Positions 24,131-37,988 of a stretch of 64,000 nucleotides of DNA are shown here, piece after piece (positions within the stretch are counted from its first letter, which is position 1; every line of letters starts with the position of its first letter). Both the position numbers and the translations under genes were made by a program. The notes beneath the pieces were generated by a model. It was not told the DNA's origin. It did not search any database and worked only from the letters and a program-made list of their open reading frames with translations. Source of the DNA: Mobula hypostoma. Lineage: Eukaryota. The stretch covers positions 141,796,001-141,860,000 of the forward strand of contig NC_086097.1 of assembly GCF_963921235.1 (NCBI RefSeq), in the 5' to 3' direction.

Positions 24131-24360
24131 GTGGCCGGCTGGTGGCGTAGTAGCATCAGCACTGGACTTTGGAGCAAAGGCTCCGGAGTTCGAATCCAGC
24201 TGGCTCCCTTGCACGCTTTCCATCCGTGCTGGGTTGAGCGTTGCGCTAGCAACTCGACCTCATAAAAATAAGAAAGCCTGCTTTTTAAAAAAAAAAAAAG
24301 TCGTCACGACAGCGTCCCGATGACTCCACTCGGAGTTAAGGTTCTTCGTCCTCCTCCTTG
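24131..24360 (+). mobile_element. tRNA-derived SINE
   Basis: Pol III A box tggcgtagtag and B box gttcgaatcc; a diverged second copy at 59874-60040. Confidence 0.75.
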
Positions 24361-24934
24361 TCCTCCTCTCATCCTCCTCTTTTCCTCTGTTCACTTGGTA
24401 AGGTGATAAGACAAGCTAATATGTTCCCTTGATAGTTGGAATAATGTGTATGTTGTGTGTAAGTTGCCAAGTTTCAGATTAGTACAGGATGGCAGGTATC
24501 TTACGATCACACATAATAGGAGAGACTAAAAGAAGCCTGACTGGTTTGCAAAGTTTTCATTAAATTTTCAAACACGACCCTGAGCTTCTATGTTCCATAC
24601 CCACTCTGAATTTGTTCTGTTGTTTCATGCATTGCTCCAGTGAAATCAATGTAAATTTGAGGAACTGCAACACCTCATCATCCAGTTAAGTCATTGTAAT
24701 CATCTCAATGGTCGTTGGGCATTTTGGACTGATAATGATGCCCTGTGATGGAAGACTGGCACCCTGACTCCTCCTTTGACATGGACCCTTAAGCTTGCCT
24801 GCCTGGATTAAACATACTATGCCTTTAACTGTTTCTGGAGCTGTTAAGGCCCTTTGTTCACAATTGGTAAAATATAACCACTCATTTGCATGATGACGTT
24901 CCTTTTGGAGGGGCTCACTTCTTTTGGAGAGGCT

Positions 24935-25143
24935 TGTAGATTCCACAAATAATCCAAAATGAGGTGTTTTATGTTTAACAAAACCTGTAACACATTTTGT
25001 TGAACTCCAAAACCTACACAACAAAAGCGAGCTTAAAACTTTTTATGTAATAACGTCCTCATGTCAGACCAACCCCTTAAAGCAAAACCTATGTCGGTGG
25101 TTGTGAAATATGTTCATTTCTCCCAATTACGCTACCATGCACA
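24935..25143 (-). repeat. 3' LTR of the Gypsy provirus
   Basis: Aligns with 37989-38201; adjacent C-run is the minus-strand polypurine tract. Confidence 0.85.
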
Positions 25144-25374
25144 GTCCCCCCGCCCCCAGAATTCATTAACTGGCATCGTGAGCCTGTCTGGAGCTCGAAT
25201 GAGCCTCCTGGCTCAGGTCCTGTGTTCCATGGATGGAGGAACTGTAGGTGTTTCTGGCTTGTCCAGAGGTGCCTTGATATGCTCATGGTCATGTTGTGAC
25301 GCCAGGGGCATGACAGCTTAATACTCCAAGTCTTGGTAGGCTGGTTTAAGGTAGTCTACCAAAATATGTTCATG

Positions 25375-26280
25375 CAACACACATCAAAGTTGCTGGTGAA
25401 CGCAGCAGGCCAGGCAGCATCTCTAGGAAGAGGTACAGTCGACGTTTCGGGCCGAGACCCTTCATCAGGACTAACTGAAGTACGAGCTAATAAGAGATTT
25501 GAGAGGGGGAGGGGGAGATCCAAAATGATAGGAGAAGACAGGAGGGGGAGGGATGGAGCCAACAGCTGGACAGGTGATATGAGAGGATCGTGGGACAGGA
25601 TGCCCAGAGAGAAGGGAAAGGGGGAGGAGGGGAAAACCCCAGAGGATAGGCAAGGGGTATAGTGAGAGGGACAGAGGGAGAAAAAGGAGAGAGGGAGAGA
25701 AAGGATGTGTGTGTATAAATAAATAACGGATGGGGTACGAGGGGGAAGTGGGGCATTAGCGGAAGTTAGCGAAGTCAGTGTTCATGCCGTCAGGTTGGAG
25801 GCTACCCAGATGGAATATAAGGTGTTGTTCCTCCAACCTGAGTGTGGCTTCATCTTTACAGTAGAGGAGGCCGTGGATAGACATATCAGATTGGAATGGG
25901 ATGTGGAATTAAAATGTGTGGCCACTAGGAGATCCTGCTTTCTCTGGCGGACAGAGCGTAAGTGTTCAGCGAAATGATCTCCCAGTCTGCGTCGGGTCTC
26001 GCCAATATATAGAAGGCCACATCGGGAGCACCGGACGCAATATATCACCCCAGTCGACTCACAGGTGAAGTGTCGCCTCACCTGGAAGGACTGTCTGGGG
26101 CACTGAATGGTGGTAAGGGAGGAAGTGTAAGGGCATGTGTAGCACTTGTTCCGCTTACAAGGATAAGTGCCAGGAGGGAGATCAGTGGGGAGGGATGGGG
26201 GGGATGAATGGACAAGGGAGTCGCGTAGGGAGCGATCCCTGTGTAAAGCAGAGAGGGGGAGGGAAAGATGTGCTTAGTGG
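25375..26280 (-). mobile_element. Penelope-like element, 5'-truncated (GIY-YIG plus 3' terminus)
   Basis: GVIYCVRCSRCGLLYIGETRRRLGDHFAEH; highly similar to 12043-12960; short tcatg duplication at the junctions. Confidence 0.9.
25436..25477 (-). ncRNA. Minimal type I hammerhead ribozyme, best preserved copy
   Basis: AGUC-CUGAUGA-a-GGG ucucgg CCC-GAAAC-GUC/GACU; predicted cleavage between 25441 and 25440. Confidence 0.85.
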
Positions 26281-26419
26281 TCATGTTTGCCTCTTTTATC
26301 TATGATTAAAGTTTTTACTCCCCTTTCCAAAATGTGGAACGGACCATCGTAAGGGGCCTGAGTGGATGTTGGCGTACATCATGGCAGATGAAAACAGACG
26401 AGGTGGAATGTAGATCAGT

Positions 26420-28626
26420 GGCCTCGGTATTTACTAACAACCAAAGATCCCCCTTTTTTCATTTATTCCGTGGTACTAGGCAGGGTTGCCCTCTTAGTCT
26501 ATTACTATTTGATATTGCCTTGGAACCGTTAGCTATTGCCATTCGTGACTCCCCTAATATATTTGGTATTACCCGTGGAAATGAGACTCATAAATTATCA
26601 CTATATGCAGATGATCTACTATTATATATTTCTAACCCAGGAAAATCTATTCTGGCAGTATTATCTTTGCTTGCTCAGTTTAGTAGCTTTTCTGGTTATA
26701 AACTGAACCTAAGTAAGAGTGAACTCTTTCCATTAAATATGCAGGTTCCTATTTATAGAAACTCTCCATTTAGACTGATTACTGATTATTTTACTTGGGA
26801 GTTAAAATTACTAAGAGATATAAGGATCTCTTCAATTTCAACCTTTTACTATTAGTTAATCAGGTTAAAACAACTGATTACTGAATGGTCCCCTTTGTCT
26901 CTATCATTGATTGGCTGTATTAATGCTTTTAAAATGATTAATTTACCCAAATTTTTATATTTATTTCAACCGATACTGATTTTTATTCCTAAATCTTTTT
27001 TTGGTACTATTGACTCTAAAATTTCCTCTTATATATGGCAAAATAGAAATCCCGGATTAAGTAAAAAAATACTTACAGAAATCTAAGAAAGAGGGTGGTT
27101 TGGCATTGCCTGTCCTAAGATTTTACTACTGGGCAATTAATATCCGATACTTAATATTTTGGACACAAGATTGGAATATAACTCCAAGCCCACATTGGGT
27201 AAACCTTGAAGGCCATTCTGTACAAGGGTTTTCTTTAGCCTCCATTTTAGGAACTTCACTGCCTTTTCCACTATCTAAATTGAATAAACAAATTTTCAAC
27301 CCTATAGTTAAACATACATTGTGAATATGGTTTCAATTTCGTAAATTTTTTGGCCTGAATGAATTCATGTTATCAAGTCCTATTATATCTGATTTCTTTT
27401 TCCACCCCTCAGTAATGGACCAAGCCTTTTTGATATGGAAAATGAAAGGCATAATATGCTTTCATGATCTATTTCTGGATAACTGCTTTGTCTTTTGAGC
27501 AGTTATCTGAGAAATTTGATTTGCCTAAATCCCATTTTTTTAGATACTTACAAATAAGAAATTTTTAAAATACTACGTTGCCTACCTTTCCAACTTCAAA
27601 TCCTTCTGGCATTTTTGATAAATTTTAGGTGTTAATCCTTTGCAGAAGGGATTAATAGCAATAATTTATGATATAATTATGAAATTACAGCCAGATATAT
27701 CTGATAAAATTAAAAATGAATGGGAAAGGGAACTTCAACTTTCCCTACCCACAGAGAAATGGGATAAAATTTTTCAATTAGTTAGTACTACTTCCATATG
27801 TGCTAAACATACTTTAATACAATTTAAAGTAGTACACAGAGCTCATATGTCCAAAGATAAACTAGCTCGTTTTTATTCCCATATAAACTCTACTTGTGAT
27901 AGATGTCACTCTGAAGTGGCTTCTTTAACTCATATGTTTTGGTCCTGTCCTCTTTTGGAAAAATATTGGAAAGACATTTTTGATATTATTTCAACAGTTC
28001 TATGCTTTGATTTAAAACCCCATCCTATTACGGCAATCTTTGGATTGCCAATGGTAGAACATAGATCTTTATCTTCTTCAGCCTCTCGAATGATAGCTTT
28101 TGTTACTTTAATGGCGAGAAGATCTATTTTGTTGAACTGGAAGGAAATTAATCCTCCAACTACATTCCAATGGTTTTCTCAAACCATATTAAGTTTAAAA
28201 TTAGAAAAAATTAGAGGTGATATTTTTGACCCTTCGATTAAATTTGAAGATACCTGGAAACCTTTTATGCAACATTTTCATATGATGTAATCTGACCTTT
28301 CCAAATCTTTTTTCTAAAATTATATGATGAGAGGAACGGAGTTAGCGACATTATGGATCATGTCTGATACAAGTTGTTGGTCCAGCCCTGTTTTGCCTTT
28401 TTTTGTTTTTTTTTCTCTTTTTTCTTTTGGGTTTTTTTTTGTTTATATATTATTTTTCTTTTTATTTTGTTAATGTTTAATCTCATTGAGTTTGGAAGTC
28501 TTTTATTTCTATGTTACTTAAAATTCATTTTATATATGCTGATGAACATTTTTCCAATCTCTTTGTACCAACTTTGTTACTGAGTTTATAATTTTGAAAA
28601 ATTAATAAAAAGATTTTAAAAAAAAA
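26420..28626 (+). mobile_element. L1-clade LINE, 5'-truncated, inside Gypsy
   Basis: 15-bp TSD ggaatgtagatcagt (26405-26419, 28627-28641); RGTRQGCPLS, LYADDLLLY, CDRCHSEVASLTHMFWSC; AATAAA and poly(A). Confidence 0.94.
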
Positions 28627-30240
28627 GGAATGTAGATCAGTAGGTACCCAAGAGTTCTGTGTGCCATAACGAAAGGTACGAATAGATGACAAGGAATTGA
28701 ATTTACTGAGGAGGGTGGAACGCTGTTGAGAGGCCGACCAGGCGGCTGCGGTGTTAGGTATGCAATGACCTGGCACTTGTACCAACTCAACTGTAGACAC
28801 CTGGTCCTCCTTTGAAGCAGTTTGGAGCCCCAGCAGGACCCATGGGCGCCAATCACACCACCACGCATCGGTCCGGGAAGTCCTCAGAGCACCTTTTAAT
28901 GAAACTGCTCGCATAGGCCATTGGACTGTGGGTGATATGCCGTGATGTATCCTAACATTGAGGTTCTGAGCCATTGTAGCCCAGAGGTCTGAAATGAATT
29001 GGGGCTGGGATCAGAGGAGATGTCAGATGGGGTGCCAAACCGAGCAACCCAGATGCATACGAACGCCGGAGTCACGTCGGCGGCCATTGTTGATGCTGGA
29101 GGGATGACCTCTGCCCACCTAGTGGTACAGTCCACCATGGTAAGAAAATGAGTGAAACCACAGAATGGGGGGAGGAGGAGGAAGGGGACCAACGATATCC
29201 ACATTACCATGGTCAAACAGTCACACAGGGACCTCAAAAGGTGCCAATGATGTCTGAACATGACAGTTAATTTCTGCCCACTGACACTCCACCAAAGCTG
29301 TAGTTCAATCCTTTCTGAGGCCATGCCAAACAAACTTCAGTGCAACCAGTTTTGTGAGGCCTTCTGGCATGATTAGAGATTGGTCGATATGACATTGTGG
29401 GCATCACTGAGCCGTGGCTGAAAGAAGGCCATAGTTGAAAGCTTAATATCAAAGGATTGTATTGAAAGGACAGGCAGGGAGGCATAGGCAGTGGTGTGGC
29501 TCTATTGGTAAGAGATGGAATTACAGCTTTAGAAAAGAGGTGACATAGGGTCAGAGAAGGTTGAATCTTTGTGGGTGGAGTTAAGCTGCAAGGGTAAAAA
29601 GACCATTATGGGAATTGTATATAAGCCTCCATATAGTAAATAAGCTATGGGGTTGAAATTGCAAAGGGAGCTGGAAAAGGCATGTAATAAGGGTAATGGT
29701 GCAATTGTATTGGGGGGGGCACTATTGTAGATTGGGTGTTGTGTAATAACCCAGATCATATTTGGGAGCTTAATGTAAAGGAACCCTTAGGAGGCAGTGA
29801 TCATAATATGATTGAATTCGTACAGTAATTTGACTGGGAGAAGCATGTCACATATATCAGTATCACAATGGAATGAACGAAATTACAGAGGCATGAGAGA
29901 GGAGCTTGCCCAGGTGGATCGGAGGAGGATACTGGCAGGGATGATGGCAGAGCAGAGATGGCTGAAGTTTCTGGGAACACTTCATAAGGTGCAGGATAAA
30001 TATGTCCCACAGAGGAAGAAGTTCACCAGTGGTGGGGGTAGGCAACCATGGCTGATAAAGGAAGTTAAGGACTGCATAGAAGCCAAGGAAACGGCATATA
30101 AGGAAGCAAAAGTGAGTGAAAAGCTTTTAAAACCCAACAAAAGGCAACTACAAAAGCTGTAAGAAGGGAAAAGATGAAATATGAGGATAGACTAGCCAAT
30201 AATATAAATCAAGATACCAAAAGTTGTTTTCAGTTATATA

Positions 30241-32460
30241 AAGACTATAAGATATGGGAGCAGAATTAGGCCATCTGGCCCATCGAGTCTGCACTGCTGT
30301 TCAACAACGGCTGATCCTTTTCTTCCTCCTCCCAGCCACAGTTTCTGGCCTTCTCCCTGTAACCTTTCATGCTATGTCCAATCAAGAACCTCTCAATCTC
30401 TGCCTTACACCCAACAACCTGGCCTCCACAGCTGCATGTGGCAACAAATTACACAAATTCACCACTAAAGAAATTTCTCCGCATCTCTGTTTTGAACGGG
30501 CGCCCTTCTATCCTGAGGCTGTGCCCTCTTGTCTTAGACTCTCCTACCATGGGAAACATCCTTTCCCCATCTACTCTGTCTAGGACTTTCAACATTTGAA
30601 AGGTTTCAATGAGATTGCACCCCCCCCCCCATGCTTCTGAATTCCAGCAAGTACAGACACAGTGCCATCAAACGTTCCTCATATGATAACCCTTCCATAC
30701 CTGGAATCATCCTTGTGAACCCCCTCTGGACCCTCTCCAATGCCAGCACATCTTTTCACAACACTCAAGGTGAGACCTCATCAGTGCCTTAAAGCCTCAG
30801 CATCACATCTTTGCTCTTGTGTTCTAGACCTCTTGAAATGAATGGTATCATGGTATTTGCTTTCATCACCACTGACTCAACCTGCAAGTTTAGGGTGTTC
30901 TGCAAAAGGACTTCCAAGTCCCTTTGCATCTCAGATTTTCTCCCCGTTTAGAAAATAGCCCGCACATTTATTTCTACCGAAGTGCATGATCATGCATTTT
31001 CCAACATTGTATTTCATTTGCCATTTGCCCATTCTCCTAATCTGTCTAAGTCCTTCTGCACCCTACCTCTTTCCTCAACACTACTTGCACTTCCACCAAT
31101 CTTTGTATCATCTGCAAATTTGGCAGCAAAACCAACTACTCCATCATCTAAATCATTTAGATACAGCATAAAAAGAAGTGGTCCCAACACCGATTCCTGC
31201 GGAACCCCACTAGTCACTGGCAGCCAGCCAGAAAAGGATCCTTTTATTCCCACTCGCTGCCTCCTACCAATCAGCCAAAGCTCTAACCATGTTAGTAACT
31301 TTCCTGTAATACCATGGGCTCTTAATTTGGTAAGCAGCCTCATGTGTGGCACCTTGTCAAAGGCCTTCTGAAAGTCCAAGTATACAACATCCACTTCATC
31401 CCCTTATCTATCCTACTTGTAATCTCCTCAGAGAATTCCAACAGGTTCATCAGGAACCTGAAGGAAACCATGCTGACTTTGTACTATCTTGTCCTGTGTC
31501 ACCAAGTACTCCTTCAGCTCAGCTTTAACAATTGACTCTCACATCTTCCCAACCCCCGAGGTCAGGCTAACTTGTCTACAATTTCCTTTCTGCTGTCTTC
31601 CTCCTTTCTTAAAAAGTGGAGTAACATTTGCAATTTTCCAGTCCTCTGGCAGCATGCCAGAGTCCAGTGATTTTTGAAAGATCATTTCTAATACCACCAC
31701 AACCTCTAACGCTATCTCTTTGCAGTAACCTGCATATTAAAATCTCACATGACTACCATAACATTGCTCTTTTAACTCGCCTTTTCTATTTCCTGTTGTA
31801 ATCTGCGGTCTACCTCCTAGCCACTGTTGGGAGGCCTGTATCTAACTACCATCAACATCCTTTTACCCTTGCAGTTTCGTAACTGAACCAACAAGGATTC
31901 AACATCTTCGGAACCTTTGTCACTTCTACTGATTCGATGCCGTTCTTTACCAGAAGAGTCACACCACCCCCTGTGCTTACATTCCTATCCCTCTGATATA
32001 ACATGTAAGCTTGGACATTCAGCTCCCAACTACAACTGTCCTTCAGCTACAATTCAGTGATGGCCACAACATCATACCTGCCAATCTGTAATATTGCAAC
32101 AGAATCATCCACCTTTTTTCTTATACTGTACACCTTGAGTACCGTATTTGTTATCCTTTCTGATTCGGTATCCTTAATGATTTGATACTCAGCCTGCTGG
32201 CTGCAACTAAGTCCCATCACCTGCCTGCCCTTCCTGACAATCTGACTGCATGCTATCTTTATTTTTTTTTAAATCATCTGCCCTATCCTGAGTCCCTTCA
32301 CTCTGGTTCCCACCCCCCGTCAAGTTAGTTTAAACCCTCCTCAACATCTCTAACAAACGTGCCTGCAAGCATACTGGTCCCTCTCAGGTTCAGGTGCAAC
32401 CCATCACTTTTGAACAGGTCATACCTCCCCCAGCAAAGATCCCAATTATCCCGAGAATGG
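30241..32460 (-). mobile_element. CR1 LINE, internally deleted, nested antisense in CR1
   Basis: DVVYLDFQKAFDKVPH..VTSGVPQESVLGP..FADDTKIGG; same family as 39050-42327. Confidence 0.88.
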
Positions 32461-33555
32461 CTGCTCCACTTATCCCATCTGTACTTTTATTTAGTTCGTA
32501 GAGCTCTGTTGATGCCGCTGATAGGCCATGTACAATGGACAAACGCCCTCGAAGCTCCCTTTTTAAATAACCACTGCCGACCTGCAAGAAATACCTCTTG
32601 GTAGAGCTCTGTTGATGCTGCCGATAGGCCACGTACAGTGGATGCATTGGTCGTGATCTTTCAAGAATCACTTGATTCTGGCATGGAGGACTGGAAGACT
32701 TCAAATGTCACTCCGTTCTTTAAGAAGGGAGGAAGGCAAAAGAAAGGAAATATAGGCTAGCTGACTTAACCTCAGTGGTTGGGAAGGTGTTGGAGTCCAA
32801 TATTAAGGATGAGGTTTCGAGGTATTTGGAGACTAATGATAAAGTAAGTCAAAGTCATGGTTTCTGTGAAGTGAAATCTTGCCTGACAAATCTTTTAAGA
32901 GTTCGAGGAAGTAACAAGCAGGGTGGGTAAAAGAGAGGCAGTTGATGTAATTTGCTTTGATTTTCAGAAGGCTTTTTGATAAGGTGCCACACATGAGGCT
33001 GCTTAACAAGATAAAATCCTATGGCATCACAGGAACTTAATGGGTACTTTGCATCTGTCTACACTGTGGAAGACACCAGCAGCGTGCCAGAGATCCATGA
33101 GTGTCAGGGAGCAGGAGTGAGTGCCATTGCTATTACAAAGGAAAAACTGCTAGGCAAACTCAAAAGGTCTTCAGGTGGATAAGTCACTTGGACCAGATGG
33201 ACTACATTCCAGAGTCCTGAGAGAGGTTGCTGAATGGATAATGGATGCATTGGTCATGATCTTTCAAGAATCGCTCGATTCTGGCATGATCCTGAAGGAC
33301 TGGAAGATTGCAAATGTCACTCCACTCTTTAAGAAGGGAGGAAGGCAAAAGAAAGAAATTGTAGGCCAGAGTAGTTGGGAAAATGTTGGAGTCTATCATT
33401 AAGGATGAGGTTTCAAGGTATTTGGAGACTAATGATATAATAAGTCAAGTCACCTTTGTTTCTGTAAAGGGAGATCTTGCCTGACAAATCTGTTAGAGTT
33501 CTTCGAGAAAGGTAACAGGCAGGGTGAACAAAGGAGAGGCAGTGGATGTCATTTA

Positions 33556-34888
33556 CAGGTGTCCCCTGCTTTTTGAATGTTAGCTTTATGACACCTCGCT
33601 GTTACGAAAGACCTACGTTAGTTACCTGTTTTCGCTAACAAAGTGTTTTCACTGTTACGAGAAAAGGCAGTGTGCGCCCCGAGCAGCCAAGCTCCTCCCC
33701 CGGAACTGCATTCTAGCCAGCATTGCTTAAACACGTGCCTGTGAGCATCTGTGCTTTATGTCGATTTATTTTGAGCATCCGTTAGCAAGATGAGTTCTAA
33801 GGTATCAGAAAAGCCTAAAAGAACTCATAGGGGTGTTACACTTAGCATAAAACTAGACATAACTAAGGGTTTTGATCATGGTGAACGAAGTAAGAACAAA
33901 ATGACTTTGGCTTGTGGAAGTTGACGAAGATGATGTTGAAGAGGTTTTGGCATCCCATGGCCAAGAACTGATAGATGAAGAGCTGATGCAATTGGAAGAG
34001 GAAAGGATAACAATTGAAACCTAATGAAGTAGTGAACGGACCAAAAGTGAAGTTGTCCAAGAACTGAACGTGAAGCAACTGCGTGAGATTTTCACTGCAA
34101 TTGACAACAATGCTGAAAAGTATGACTTAAATTATGAAAGAGTACGTAGGTTTAAGGCATATTTGCAGGATGGTTTGTGTGCTTACAAAGAACTGTATGG
34201 TAGAAAAATGCGCGAGGCCAAGCAGTCAAGCATACTGTCGTTTTTCAAGCCTTTCACATCAACCACAGCAGATGACGAACCTTGACCTTCGACATCGAGG
34301 CAGGCAGACATAGAGGAAGATGACCTGCCTGTCCTGATGGAAACAGACGATGATGAGATGACACCCCAGTGTCCCACCATCCCAACCTCCGACGACTCAG
34401 CCTAACACACTATCATCAGTGTGCTCGCTGTCTTCCCGATTCCAGTAAGTGATACTACACTGTACATACATTATTTCTACTTTATATAGGCTGTGTATTT
34501 TTGTGTTATTTGGTATGATTTGGCAGCTTCATAGCTTAAAGGTTACTGGAGAGAGCATTTCTGCGGAGAGTGCTTGCGCCATGTGTTTCTGCCGAGAGTG
34601 CTTGCATGAGATTTTCGCTACAGTGGACAGTGCAATGATTGCAGAAAAGAATTTCTACTTTATACACGCTGTGTATTTATCATATCATTCCTGCTTTTAT
34701 TATATGTTACTGTTATTTTAGGTTTTATATGTTATTTGGCTTGATTTGGTAGGTTATTTTTTGGGTCTGCGAATGCTCACAAATTTTTCACATATAAGTA
34801 AATGGTAATTGCTTCTTCACTTTACAACATTCCGGCTTATGAACTGTTTCATAGGAACGCTCTACCTTCGGATGGCGGGGGAAGCCTG
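33556..34888 (+). mobile_element. Tigger/pogo-like element, internally deleted
   Basis: TA-caggtgtcccctgc ... gcgggggaagcctg-CA; N-terminal MSSKVSEKPKR..VTLSIKLDI joined to C-terminal ..AKQSSILSFFKP; splits the CR1 VIY/LEFQKAFD motif. Confidence 0.88.
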
Positions 34889-37800
34889 CACTTGGAATTT
34901 CAGAAGGCCTTTGATAAGGTGCCACACATGAGACTGCTTAACACGATAAAATCCTATGGCGTCGCAGGAGAGATACTGGCATGGATAGAGGAATGGCTGA
35001 TGGGCAGGAGGCAGCGAGTGGGAATGAAAGAGGCCTTTGGCTGCTGGTGACTAGTGGTGTTCCTCAGAAGTCAGTATTGGACTGTTGGTTTTCACATTGT
35101 CAGTGATTTGGATAATAGGTAATGGAATTGATAGCTTCGTGCCAAAGTTTGCAGATGATACAAAGATAGGTGGAGGGGTAGCTAGTGCTGAGGAAGCAAT
35201 GCGATTGCAACAGGACTTAAACAAATTGTAAGAATGGGCAAAAAAAGTGGCAGATGGAGTACAGTGTTGGGAAATGTAAGATGATGCATTTTGGTGAAAG
35301 AACAACAGCGCAGACTTATCTAAATGGGGAGAAGGTCAAACATCAGATGTCCTCGTGCAAGATTCTCAAGGTTAATTTACAGATTGAGTCTGGTAAAGAA
35401 GGCAAATGGAATGTTGGCTTTAAAGCAAGGAGATAATGAGCTTTTAGAAGACACTAGTCAGACTGCACTTGGAGTATTGTCGACAGTTTTGGATCTTGTA
35501 TCTCAGAAAGGATGTGTTGTCATTAGAGTGAGTCCAGAGGAGGCTCATGAGGATGATTCCAGAAGTGAAGGGGTTAACATCAGTGTACAGCAGTTTTGGG
35601 CCTGTACTGTCTGGAATTTAGAAGAATGAGTGGGGACCTCATTGAAACCTACTGAATGTTGAAAGGACTTGATAAGCTGGATGTGGAGAGGATGTTTCCT
35701 ATGGTGAGGATATCCAGAACTAGAGAGGACAGCCTCAAAATTGACGGGCGACCCTTCGGAACAGAGGTAAGGAGGAAATGTTTTAGAGTACATCTGTGGA
35801 ATGCTCTGCTACAGACTGTGGTGGAGGCCAAATCAGTCTGTATAGTTGATTGTTGATTTTTTTCCCGATCGGTCAGGGCATCAAAACATGTGGCGAAAAG
35901 GCAGGTGTATGGGGTTGAGTGGGATTCGGGAACAGCCGTGATGAAATGGCGGTGCAGACTCGATTGGCTGAATAGCCTAATTCTGCTCCTATGTCTTATG
36001 GTATTATGAATGCAAGAGGCCACATATGGAGTTGAGAACAACCCAGCTCCGGTTTGTGGGCATGGCGGGGCGAAGGAGACCACTTAAGACATTGCACAGG
36101 AGAGAAATGACCGCTTCCCCGAACTTTGTCAGCCAACTGCATGCCCATTAATGCTGTTCGGTAAGCCTGGACCTCTAGGTCAGTGAATTGGTTAACTGCT
36201 ATGCTGATGTAAACAACCCTGATGTGTATGGTCTCAGTGTCTGGCTGTTAGAGGCAATTGGCCACAGTGTTATTTTTCCCCTTGATATGTTGTATATCCA
36301 TTGTGAACTCGGATATGTAGGCCCAATGGGGTTGCTGCTGTACAGACCAAGGGTCTGATATTTTGGCCATCTTGTGCACGAGGGGTTTGTGGTCACTGAA
36401 CGCTGTGAAATGGCAACCCACGAGAAGAAAATGAAAATGGCGGACAGCGAGATAACAGACTGAGAAGCCCACGATCAAATGTGCTGTACTTCCTTTCGGG
36501 GGGGGGGGGGAGAGATGGAGCTGCGGACAGAAGAACGCAAGCGGTTAGCACATGCCTTTGACCAGCTTTTAGTGCACGACACCTACAGTATAGTCTGAGG
36601 CATCGGTTGTAATGGTAATAGGCACATTGAAGAACAGTTGCGCCAGTAGGGTCGCATTAGAAAGAGCTCATCTGGGATTATCAAATGCCCTGGTCTTGTC
36701 CGTTGACTAGTCATGCACTTGATTAGGGTTATTGCCTTTTAGTGCACTATCCAGGGGAGCATAAGTTCAGCAGCTTGTGGAATGAGGTGGTGATAGAAAC
36801 TTTGCTGGCTTTTCTATGTCCAGTCTACATGCATGGGCGTGGACGAGCAGGCCAGTTGTGGGAATGCAGAGATTGACCCCATGTTTTGTGACTGTAGTGG
36901 ATAATGAGGGCTTGGAGAGGCCTGGGAATTTGCCTAGCAGTTGAGTAAACTCACATGTGGTGCATGCCCTTGAGAGTTGTTGTGGGGAAGTTACTGAGGG
37001 AGCTGAGTAATGACCCAAAGTCCTTGGCATCCATAAGCTGGCAGTTCTTGAGATCGACTAAAAGTCCTTGGGCACACAGGAAAACTGTACTGAGCAGAGG
37101 TCTAGCCGCTTTAGCCAGGACAAAGTCCCATGTGTAACGTCCCCCTCTGAAGCAGAGCGTCATCTGTCATGTCCTGTTAGTGAGGTTTCGTTGCTCTTTG
37201 CCTCCCCATCAATAGGTGATGCCCCAGACACATTTGAACACCCATGTCACACAGGAAACATCACCTTGAAAGGATGCCTATGATGAATGGTAGACGACCT
37301 TGGCAGCTGGAACCCATGGTGTTTTCCGACCTCTGATGTCTCAGTGTGCTGGCAATGTCGAAGCTGCAAGGCGGTTGACACTTCCTAGTGTTCCTACCAA
37401 AGCAAGCACGATAAAAGCACAGGCCCGGTGTCATCTGTTTCGCAGCCATGGGCTTAGTGAGATAGAGAAAGGACAAGGAATGATGAACCATTACTGAGCC
37501 TAGTGTAGACAATCGGCCATTTTAGCACGCACCCTAGAGGTGCTTTAGCAAGGGCTATGCGGACTGGATCAGGCAGTTCCTGCAGGAAGAGTTCTTTACA
37601 AAAATAAAACAAGGATGATGATTTCCTTGGAGAGACAGCATGTAGTCCATTTGCTCCAATTGCTTACTATTGCTCAGACTGGGTAAGGAGAGCAACTGTT
37701 TAGTGCACTCAGACTTAGTGAAAAAGTCTGTAAACGGTGAGTTTGCAGTGATCGGTATTTATCATGTGCAGGTAGGTGTTCAAGCAGACTTGCCTCTCTT

Positions 37801-37973
37801 GCTGCTATGGGATTGCTGAGCAATGCTACCACATAGAAATATTTGATGTTGTCAGTGGAGATTTCTTGCAGGGAAAAACTGGGCCTTCAGTGATGGCAGT
37901 TTGCTCCCAAGACTCTGTCAGTTTCAAAGCGACTGTATTGGCTGACATATTCAATCACTGTGGAATCTTAGAG

Positions 37974-37987
37974 CATCGTGGTCACCA
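37974..37987 (-). promoter_or_regulatory. Primer-binding site, tRNA-Trp type
   Basis: Minus strand TGGTGACCACGATG next to the 5' LTR, versus TGGTGACCCCGACG expected for the vertebrate tRNA-Trp 3' end (2 mismatches). Confidence 0.7.
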
Positions 37988-37988
37988 A

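Larger units (their letters stand above)
29374..36008 (+). mobile_element. CR1 LINE (APE to 3' tail) inside Gypsy, itself interrupted
   Basis: APE (YDIVGITEPWL) at the start, DKSLGPDGLH, FQKAFDKVPH, FADDTKIG, tail tcttatggtattatg; same family as 50250-53165. Confidence 0.85.

Noticed and set aside
24131..24205. tRNA gene
   Set aside because: A and B boxes are present, but it continues into a body shared with 59874-60040, so it is a SINE head.
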